64,000 nucleotides of DNA from assembly GCA_040220235.1 (NCBI GenBank), contig JAVJTO010000047.1. One strand, 5' to 3'. The notes below the pieces were generated by a model that worked only from the letters and a program-made list of their open reading frames with translations, ran no database searches and was not told where the DNA came from. The stretch comes from Coleofasciculus sp. B1-GNL1-01. Lineage in GTDB: Bacteria > Cyanobacteriota > Cyanobacteriia > Cyanobacteriales > Coleofasciculaceae. The translations under genes and the position numbers were made by a program. How positions within the stretch are numbered: the first letter of the stretch is position 1; each line of letters opens with the position of its first letter. This document shows, piece by piece, positions 53,013-61,299 of the stretch.

Positions 53013-53813
53013 ATGCCTTCCCCCTTTCCTGGGATGAATCCATACCTGGAAACTCCCCAACTCTGGTCAGAATTCCATAGTCGGCTAATTGTCGCGATCG
53101 CAGATGCCCTCAACCCCCAAATCTTGCTGAAATATAGGGCGGCGGTTGAACGTCGCATCTATGAAATGAGTGATGGAGAGTCTGTCTTAGTCGGAATTCC
53201 CGATGTCAGCGTCACTCAGGGAGTCAATCGTCCCAGCCAAGATGAATTATCCAGCACCATTGGCACACTGACACCACAACCCACGATTGTTACAGTACCA
53301 ATGCCTGAAGAGGTGCGCGAAAGTTACCTGGAAATCCGCGAAATTGAAACAGGGTTAGTTGTCACCGTTATTGAACTCCTCTCTCCCAAAAACAAAAAAG
53401 CGGGTCAAGGGCGCACCGCCTACGAAACCAAGCGCCAAAAGGTTCTACGCAGCCTTGCCCATCTCGTGGAAATTGACTTACTTCCTGGGGGTACACCGAT
53501 GCCCATGGGGGGACAATTTACACCATCCCTTTATCGTATCCTGATTAGTCAGGCTGATCAGCGTCCTCGTGCTAATTTATATTCTTTATCCTTGCAAACT
53601 CCAATTCCTATTTTGAAAATCCCTCTTCGTCGAGGCGAGAATGAACCGACACTAGATTTACAACGTTTAATTCACGAGGTATACGATCGCGCGGGTTTTG
53701 CCTTTGTCATTGACTATAATCGCCAGCTTTCCCCGCGTCTTACTCAAGCCGATCAAACTTGGTTGACGGAACATCTAAAATCCCAGGATTTGCTCAACTT
53801 ATCGGATTCCTAA
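53013..53813 (+). CDS. DUF4058 family protein
   Basis: MPSPFPGMNPYLE, IPDV, VIELLSPKNK, HLVEIDLL. Confidence 0.9.
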   Translation: MPSPFPGMNPYLETPQLWSEFHSRLIVAIADALNPQILLKYRAAVERRIYEMSDGESVLVGIPDVSVTQGVNRPSQDELSSTIGTLTPQPTIVTVPMPEEVRESYLEIREIETGLVVTVIELLSPKNKKAGQGRTAYETKRQKVLRSLAHLVEIDLLPGGTPMPMGGQFTPSLYRILISQADQRPRANLYSLSLQTPIPILKIPLRRGENEPTLDLQRLIHEVYDRAGFAFVIDYNRQLSPRLTQADQTWLTEHLKSQDLLNLSDS

Positions 53814-53887
53814 CGTTTCACAGGAAGCCTAGAAACCTGCGTCGGGGCGGATTTAGTTAAAGAAAGGGTGCAACCGAAAAGATAGTT

Positions 53888-53915
53888 GTAGAGACGTTGC
53901 ATGCAACGTCTCTAC
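53888..53915. repeat. Perfect palindrome GTAGAGACGTTGCATGCAACGTCTCTAC
   Basis: Same element inside CDSs at 22040, 29343 and (degenerate) 20288. Confidence 0.9.
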
Positions 53916-54064
53916 TAAAAAGATGAATGATACCAAATCCAGGTTAATTACCCCCCTTATAACCCAGTCCGCGCAGGCGGACTTTGTTTGTGTAGCAGCG
54001 ATTTCAATCGCCATGGCAAAACAATCGCCATGGCAAAAGGGGATTCTTATTCAGCAAATCCTAA

Positions 54065-55108
54065 TTAACCCGATACACCAACCACTTCACCCGTCCCTTC
54101 AACCACTTCCCCAATCCGATAAGCTGTGACGCCTTGAGATTCAAACCAACGACAGGTTTTTTCGGCTTGAACAGATGACACCAACACCACAAACCCAATC
54201 CCCATATTGAATGTATTAAACATCTCCTCCAGACTCACTTGACCCGCCTCAGCGAGCCATTGAAAAATAGGTAAAATTTCCCAACTATTCGGCTCAATCA
54301 GCACCGATTGCCCTTGACCTAAACACCGAGGTAAATTCTCTGGTAAACCGCCACCTGTAATGTGAGCCATTCCATGAATTTCAATCCCAGCTTGTAGCGC
54401 ATCCAGAATCGGTTTCACGTAAATTTGAGTCGGCGTCAGCAACACGTCTCCTAAACGTTGACCTCCCAGTAAATCGAGACAGCTATCCCAACTTAACGGC
54501 GATTCCTGGTTAACTGAATCGCTAACAATTTTGCGGACTAAACTAAACCCATTACTGTGAACCCCCTGACTGGCTAAACCAATCGCCACATCTCCCAATT
54601 GCACCTGGGAACCGTCTAAAATTTCGCTTTTTTCCACCATTCCCACACAAAAGCCAGCAATGTCATACTCTCCCGGTTGATAAAAACCAGGCATTTCTGC
54701 GGTTTCTCCTCCCAACAACGCGCAGCCAGCCTGACGACATCCCTGAGCAATACCTGCTACCACCTGCGTGAGTTGCGCTTGATTCAGCTTTCCTGTGGCT
54801 AAATAGTCCAAAAAAAATAGGGGTTGTGCGCCAGATGTCAAGACATCGTTGACACACATGGCAACTAAGTCAATTCCCACAGTGTCGTGACGATTTAACT
54901 CATGAGCCAGTTTCAGCTTTGTCCCCACTCCATCGGTTCCCGATACTAAAACGGGTTCGCGATATCCCATCGGTAACTGGAAGCAACCATTAAAGCCACC
55001 GAGTCCACCTAAAACTTCGGGTCGATGGGTGCTTTGGACTAGCCCTCTAATTTGCTGTACAAACGCTCGACCTGCTTCGATATCAACACCAGCTTCTCGA
55101 TAATCCAT
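54065..55108 (-). CDS. purM: Phosphoribosylformylglycinamidine cyclo-ligase
   Basis: [37 protein letters not shown]. Confidence 0.97.
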   Translation of the reverse strand: MDYREAGVDIEAGRAFVQQIRGLVQSTHRPEVLGGLGGFNGCFQLPMGYREPVLVSGTDGVGTKLKLAHELNRHDTVGIDLVAMCVNDVLTSGAQPLFFLDYLATGKLNQAQLTQVVAGIAQGCRQAGCALLGGETAEMPGFYQPGEYDIAGFCVGMVEKSEILDGSQVQLGDVAIGLASQGVHSNGFSLVRKIVSDSVNQESPLSWDSCLDLLGGQRLGDVLLTPTQIYVKPILDALQAGIEIHGMAHITGGGLPENLPRCLGQGQSVLIEPNSWEILPIFQWLAEAGQVSLEEMFNTFNMGIGFVVLVSSVQAEKTCRWFESQGVTAYRIGEVVEGTGEVVGVSG

Positions 55109-55143
55109 GAAATATCACTAGGAATGAAAGAATTTTTCCAAAT

Positions 55144-55273
55144 GTAGGGGCGGATTTCACTATTATCATTTTTTTATGCCCCGATGTGACTCAACCCGTT
55201 CCCACCGAGGAATGTAGGGGCGGGTTTCACTATTATCGTTTTTTTGCCACCTTGATGTGAATCAACCCGCCCC
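55144..55273. repeat. Two tandem REP inverted pairs
   Basis: GTAGGGGCGG...CAACCCG at 55144 and 55214; loop CACTATTATC similar to 14562. Confidence 0.85.
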
Positions 55274-55716
55274 AACCAAAGTTGCGAGGGTGTCCTTTGT
55301 TTTCCTCCCTCGGATATTTTACAGGTTGATCCCGGCAAAGCCTAGAGTAAAAGCACGACATCGCGGAGGAGCAGAGGAGCTTGATGGAAAACCTTCGCCG
55401 CGACGGTCGAGGTTTGTTGCCTCTATTGTAAAGTTTTGTTAAGAATCTCGTAAATTCCCTGAGAGGTGTAAAAGCGGGAAATCCTTGCCAGATTAAGCTT
55501 TAGAGCAAATTACATGATATCGCACTTTTGAAAATCTTATCGCTGATTCCCAAAAATCACTGATCCCCAAACCCAAAACTTCGTGTTAGTCTGTGTCAGT
55601 TCCACAAAAATAGGACGAAATCGATGAGTATGAGTTGCAGCAGATTTTTCTTAATTCTCTTGCATCACCACCCATAACCCTAAACGTAGAATTCCAGAGG
55701 CTTTTGATATAGGCTT

Positions 55717-56838
55717 ATGAATCAGCGAATTTTGAGTGGTCTCACTGTTACCGTCTTAACCACAGCCCTCAGCACAGTGATATCCAATCCGGCTAACCAA
55801 GCTCAGGCAGTTGATCAAGGTTCTGAGGGCAACTTGACTCCCGCTCAAGCGCTACACTCTCGGCAAACAACTCCCTCAACCTCCTCTCAACCAACTCCTC
55901 AGCCACCAGAGGTGGTAAAAGTGGGAGAATTTCAATCCCCAACGGCTCAAGTTGGGGAAGCAGAAGAAATCATTGCTAAAATTCATGCCTATTCACTCGA
56001 TGGGCGTCAGGCGGCTACTCTTTATGTACGCGACATCCCTGTCCTGACGTTCTTAGGTTCTCCTGCAACTGCAAATAATGTTACCAAAGTGGGAGAAGTG
56101 GCTCTGGGAAATGACTCCGAACCCGGGTATTCCTCATCGAAAACGGTGTCTGACTATCAATCCTCAGAGGTAGACCAACTGGACAATACCGCCTCGCCTA
56201 GTGTCACCTCGACCAGTAATGGCAATCCAGATGATGCCGTAGGGCGGGCGACAGCGGTTGCGGCTCAACTCAATCAACTGCATCGGGATAATATTGATGC
56301 AGAGGCGATCGCTGTTCGTTGGAATGAGTCGTGTAACTGCTACAGCATCAAGGTAAACGACCAGGAGTTGGTGCAAGTTAACGACAACACTATCCTGCCC
56401 GATACCACCGAAAACCTAACCGAAGATGCCCGACAAGCCACGAACCGACTGCGACGCTTGATGGGTAATGCTCCCCCCATACGCGAAATTGAGGGCAAAC
56501 CCAAAGCCCAGACAATCGCCCAAGTCGCCCTGGGTCCTGTACGTTTCCAGGTTAAGGGTATTGCCTCCTGGTATGGTCCTGGCTTTCACGGAAACCGCAG
56601 CGCCAGTGGTGAGCGATTTAATCAAAATGCCCTAACCGCCGCTCATCGCAGCTTACCCTTTGGTACTAACGTGCGGGTCACCAACTTAAATAATGGTCGC
56701 TCCGTTATCGTGCGGATTAATGACCGAGGACCCTATACCAGAGGGCGAGTCATTGACCTTTCCGCCGCCGCCGCCAGAGTCCTAGGATTGATTAGGACGG
56801 GTGTGGCACCTGTACGGATTGAGGTTTTAGATAACTAG
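55717..56838 (+). CDS. rlpA: RlpA-family lytic transglycosylase
   Basis: Signal peptide; GIASWYG, TAAHRSLPFGT, VRINDRGPY, IDLS. Confidence 0.92.
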   Translation: MNQRILSGLTVTVLTTALSTVISNPANQAQAVDQGSEGNLTPAQALHSRQTTPSTSSQPTPQPPEVVKVGEFQSPTAQVGEAEEIIAKIHAYSLDGRQAATLYVRDIPVLTFLGSPATANNVTKVGEVALGNDSEPGYSSSKTVSDYQSSEVDQLDNTASPSVTSTSNGNPDDAVGRATAVAAQLNQLHRDNIDAEAIAVRWNESCNCYSIKVNDQELVQVNDNTILPDTTENLTEDARQATNRLRRLMGNAPPIREIEGKPKAQTIAQVALGPVRFQVKGIASWYGPGFHGNRSASGERFNQNALTAAHRSLPFGTNVRVTNLNNGRSVIVRINDRGPYTRGRVIDLSAAAARVLGLIRTGVAPVRIEVLDN

Positions 56839-56859
56839 CTAGGAAATAGTTTTGAGTGT

Positions 56860-57143
56860 GTAGGGGCGGGTTTAGGAACTTGATGCGTGGTTATTGATGG
56901 TAACGTTTCTGCAAAACCCGTCCTGACCGATCCTTCGCTTCCCTAGTCGGACAAGGTGTGAAGAATCACAACCTTCGAGGGAACCTGGCGCGTGAATGTT
57001 CCAGACGTGCCATGGCGCGTTTGAGAGGAGAGGGCGACCCGACCCAATTGAGTGAACTGGAGTTGTTCATTAGTGCAAGCGGGTCGCCCCTACAAAGTTC
57101 ATGAATTCTTGGACGAATGACCAATGACCAATGACCAATGACA
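56860..57143. repeat. REP and STRR cluster
   Basis: REP pair 56860-56924; AGACGTGCCATGGCGCGT at 57003; GGGCGACCCG...CGGGTCGCCCCTAC 57032-57093; (AATGACC)n. Confidence 0.8.
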
Positions 57144-57184
57144 AAATTGCTAACATCGATCTAAGATCCAACCACTAAACTCTC

Positions 57185-58747
57185 ATGCGTCTGTTTACGA
57201 CAATCGCGGGATTGCGCTGCCACTTAGAACGTCATCGAACCCAAAAAACCGTCGGTTTAGTACCGACGATGGGGGCGTTGCACCCCGGTCACTTGAGCTT
57301 AATCGAGCGGGCGAGACGCGAAAATGCTATTGTCGTTGTCAGCATTTTTGTCAATCCACTCCAGTTTGGACCTGGGGAAGATTTGCAGCAATACCCGCGT
57401 CAGTTGGAGGAGGATCAACGCTTTTGTGAACAAGCGGGAGTTGATGTGATTTTTGCACCCACAGCCGTGGAGTTGTATGGTGATGACCCATCGGATTCAG
57501 ACATCCCGACGGAGTTCACTCAAGTTATGCCCCCACCAGCGATGACTTCTATATTATGTGGTCATTCCCGTCCGGGTCATTTTCAGGGAGTGGCGACTGT
57601 AGTCACGAAGTTATTAAATCTCGTTCAACCCGATCGCGCTTATTTTGGTCAAAAGGATGCTCAACAATTGGCGATTATTCGCCGCTTGGTCGCGGATCTA
57701 AATTTGCCTGTCACTATCGTATCTTGTCCGATCGCCCGTGAGCCATCGGGACTTGCCTATAGTTCTCGCAATCAGTATTTGACATCAGCACAAAAGGCAC
57801 AAGCTCCGATTCTCTACAAGGGTTTACAAAATGCCCAAAATGTGTTCCAAGCTGGGGAGCGCGATCGCACCTCCTTAATTGCCGCCGTTACCTCAGAACT
57901 CAGCTGGATAGAGGAGATTCAAGTTGAGTACATCGAATTAGTGCATCCCACTACTCTGACTCCCCTAGAACAAGTAGAAGATCAAGGATTACTCGCGATC
58001 GCGGCTCGTCTGGGTTCAACTCGTTTAATTGATAATATTCTGCTGCGAAATCGCCGACCGATTATTGCTATTGATGGACCGGCGGGAGCGGGGAAATCGA
58101 CGGTGACTCGGTTAGTGGCGCAGCAATTAGGCTTAATGTATCTGGATACGGGAGCCATGTATCGGGCGGTGACGTGGCGAGTGCTGCAAGCCGGAATTGA
58201 TTTCACCGATGAACCTGCGATCGCGGAATTGGTGAGTCAATGTCAAATTTCCTTAATCAGTAGTGGTTCCCAACCCCAAAGTTTGAGGGTGTGGATTGAT
58301 GGCAAAGAAGTCACCCAAGCGATTCGCTCCTTAGAGGTTACCGCCAATGTTTCTGCGATCGCGGCGCTCCCGGTTGTACGTCACGAATTAGTCAAACAGC
58401 AGCAGCGCTGGGCGTCTAAAGGTGGCGTTGTCGCTGAAGGGCGAGATATCGGGACTCATGTTTTCCCCGATGCTGAACTGAAAATTTTTCTCACCGCCTC
58501 AGTTCAAGAACGGGCACGCCGACGCCTGCAAGATCTCCAAGACGAAGACCAAGGTACTGTTAGTTTAGAACAGCTAGAGGCGGATATTCAACTGCGAGAT
58601 CAGCGTGACAGCACTCGCACCTTAGCCCCCCTGCGCCAAGCTGCTGACGCGATCGAAATTAATACGGATGGATTAACAATTCCTGAGGTTACCGATAGAA
58701 TCATTAGTGAATACCACACAAAAGGATTATTGTCAACTAACGAATAA
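57185..58747 (+). CDS. panC/cmk: Bifunctional pantoate-beta-alanine ligase / cytidylate kinase
   Basis: VPTMGALHPGH, FGQKDAQQ, RLIDN; IAIDGPAGAGKST, DTGAMYR, EGRDIG. Confidence 0.97.
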   Translation: MRLFTTIAGLRCHLERHRTQKTVGLVPTMGALHPGHLSLIERARRENAIVVVSIFVNPLQFGPGEDLQQYPRQLEEDQRFCEQAGVDVIFAPTAVELYGDDPSDSDIPTEFTQVMPPPAMTSILCGHSRPGHFQGVATVVTKLLNLVQPDRAYFGQKDAQQLAIIRRLVADLNLPVTIVSCPIAREPSGLAYSSRNQYLTSAQKAQAPILYKGLQNAQNVFQAGERDRTSLIAAVTSELSWIEEIQVEYIELVHPTTLTPLEQVEDQGLLAIAARLGSTRLIDNILLRNRRPIIAIDGPAGAGKSTVTRLVAQQLGLMYLDTGAMYRAVTWRVLQAGIDFTDEPAIAELVSQCQISLISSGSQPQSLRVWIDGKEVTQAIRSLEVTANVSAIAALPVVRHELVKQQQRWASKGGVVAEGRDIGTHVFPDAELKIFLTASVQERARRRLQDLQDEDQGTVSLEQLEADIQLRDQRDSTRTLAPLRQAADAIEINTDGLTIPEVTDRIISEYHTKGLLSTNE

Positions 58748-59122
58748 AAGCTTGCCTAAAAGCATTACCCTTCTACCTTCTGCTACACCTCCCACTAAAA
58801 AAAAACTAATCCTTTATCCCGGATATACTGCCATTTGCGTCGTAACTAACAAAAGAATCATTAACACTAAGGCGGATTTCGGTATCCAGTTGCCCTACAG
58901 CGAACTGAATATCCCCCGAAATGGTTGCGTTTAACGATTGAGACGCAGGGTTTAGCATCAGAATTCATCAAGCGGGTTGATCTACGCTTAGACATTTATG
59001 TCTGGCGATAGATTAACCCGCCGCTTGGATTATTCTGCAACAAGAATGATCCAAACATTGCTGATCGGCTAAACAACCATGACGCGCCGCCTGTGTATTT
59101 AGAGGAGTGAAGGAGACGTAAG

Positions 59123-60025
59123 GTGGCAAACCCTTGTCAGTTAGTTTGGCAGTACAAATTATTCATTAGTTTAACCGCTGCCACACTTGGTTTTATTGCA
59201 AGTTTGAGTGTATCGGTTGCTCGTTCAGTTAACCCAAAGCTAGCGATTCCTAGTCCAAAGCTGAACCAACAAGAACGCTCTAATTCCCAGAGTTTACAAA
59301 TCAAGGGTTTAATTGGAGAGGAACAAGAAATCTATGAAAAAATGTTGGCTCACTTGGCAGAGGAAGAAGCCAAACGCTTAACTTTTTCTGTGCCAGTAGA
59401 ATTTCAAGGCAAAACCATTCATTCTCGTGTCCTTAAGGATAAGGCTAAAGTAATTGCCCTCACGTTTGATGATGGACCTTCATCGCAGACAACTCCCCAA
59501 GTTTTAGACATTCTCAAACGAGAAAATATCAAAGCCACCTTTTTTGTTGTCGGTAAGACAGTTAAGAATCATCCCCAGCTTATGAAACAAATTGTGACTG
59601 AAGGTCATGCCATTGGTAACCATACTTGGAATCATCACTATCATCAGTACAGTCCATCGGCGGCAGCGCATGAACTGGAGACAACCGCCACTTTAATTCA
59701 TCAACTCACTGGTGTCAAAACGGCGTTATTCAGACCGCCTGCTGGGATTTTAAATAACGGCTTAGTGAGCTATGCTCACCAAAAAAAGTATGCCGTCATT
59801 ATGTGGTCAGCCGATACAAAAGATTGGCAAAGTCGCCGGATTACTGTGCCAAAATTAATCAATAACGCCCTTGAAGACGCGCAACCGGGTGGTATTATTT
59901 TATTACACGATGGCGGGGGCGATCGCTCTAAAACAGTGGCAGCTTTACCGAAGTTGATTACTGAACTTAAACAGCGCGGTTATCAATTTGTAACCGTGCC
60001 AGAATTATTGGATATGCCAGATTAA
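59123..60025 (+). CDS. Polysaccharide deacetylase (NodB/CE4)
   Basis: ALTFDDGP, GNHTWNH, FRPP, IILLHDGGG. Confidence 0.93.
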   Translation: MANPCQLVWQYKLFISLTAATLGFIASLSVSVARSVNPKLAIPSPKLNQQERSNSQSLQIKGLIGEEQEIYEKMLAHLAEEEAKRLTFSVPVEFQGKTIHSRVLKDKAKVIALTFDDGPSSQTTPQVLDILKRENIKATFFVVGKTVKNHPQLMKQIVTEGHAIGNHTWNHHYHQYSPSAAAHELETTATLIHQLTGVKTALFRPPAGILNNGLVSYAHQKKYAVIMWSADTKDWQSRRITVPKLINNALEDAQPGGIILLHDGGGDRSKTVAALPKLITELKQRGYQFVTVPELLDMPD

Positions 60026-60030
60026 TACTA

Positions 60031-60469
60031 ATAGGATTTACTCAAAGAATTTACAGCTCTTTGCGCTGTAATAAAGTACAGTAGATCAAAGTCCCCCTTC
60101 AGATCCCCCTCCCGTTCCCCTTCAAAAGGGGGAAGCCAAAGGATGCTTCGCTTTTTTTGCACGGGGATTTAGGGGGATCGACAATGTACCGCATAGCAGA
60201 GCAAACTGCTGTATATGTAGGGTGTGTTAGCGTAGCGTAACGCACCTTAACTAAGTGGCTGCGTAAGTCCTGATTAAGTATTTAATTGAGTATATATCAC
60301 CTTGGGTTATCCCGTAGGGGCGACCCGCTTACACCAATTCACAACGGTCGAAAACTCCCACTCCTCTAGTTAAAGTTACCCCATCACCCAATTAAATCTG
60401 GTGCGTTACGGCTTACTTATGTTCTGAATTAATAACTGTTAATCCAAAAATTTGCCTAACGCACCCTAC
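60031..60469. mobile_element. Nested MITE/REP cluster
   Basis: TACAGC...GCTGTA element 60052-60213 within AGGATTTAC...GTAAGTCCT ends; GTAGGGTG...CACCCTAC REPIN 60217-60469. Confidence 0.65.
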
Positions 60470-60700
60470 GAGTATAACCAATGGTATTATTTTAGCGGTA
60501 TCCTCTACATGACTAAGTCGCGTTCTAAGCTGTCATACATTGAAATACAAAGGACAAATGACAAATGACGAATGACAAGCGGCTTTTGTGAAGAGTTTGT
60601 GAACACAAAATTATTTCTAGGTAGATTTAGCATAATGGGTAAAGAAATGTAAACAACTAGCACCTAAAAGCAGTGCCACTCATAGCAAGGGAGTTGAGAA

Positions 60701-61144
60701 ATGGAATTCTTCCATAAAATTCACCAGGTCATTCGAGCCAATTTTAACGAGAAGATTCAACCGGAGCAAAATTCCGAAACTGTAGGGTTGACATTTTCTT
60801 CTCGTGAGTGCTTAAAAGATTACCAAACAATTGCCGAAATAGCTAGAACCCAACGTGATGGACAGCAAGAAACAGTGGAGATAATAAACCGCAGTCTAGT
60901 AACCTTAGAAAAAAAACATGCTGCGGGAAAAAACCTAGAGTATCGGTTATTCGATAGCACTCACTTCAGCCAATTCCCGTTTTATGAGGATCAAGAGACT
61001 ATCAACATACCCGATAATGTTCCTCAATTCCAGGAGTCTGCCTGGAAGGAGATAGAAGGGTTATTTATTTCCTTAACATCCTCTAGCGAGATGGATAATG
61101 AATGGCTAACCCTGGAAGAATTAGCTTCAAAAATCTCTGTTTGA
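60701..61144 (+). CDS. Short divergent PspA/Vipp1-like protein
   Basis: MEFFHKIHQVIRANFNE, TQRDGQQETVEIINRSLVTLEKK, IEGLFISLTSSSEMDNE; upstream GGAG. Confidence 0.55.
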   Translation: MEFFHKIHQVIRANFNEKIQPEQNSETVGLTFSSRECLKDYQTIAEIARTQRDGQQETVEIINRSLVTLEKKHAAGKNLEYRLFDSTHFSQFPFYEDQETINIPDNVPQFQESAWKEIEGLFISLTSSSEMDNEWLTLEELASKISV

Positions 61145-61299
61145 TTCAGACAGCCGGAATTGACTGTGATACCAACTTCATAAGTATGGCATCACCTTGC
61201 TCAGGGAAAATGTACCCTTGCTCCCCCAGCTCCCAGACGTAGCATGCTACGTCTCTACACCGCTTCCCCAGCTTCCCCAGCTCCCCCTCACCACAACAC

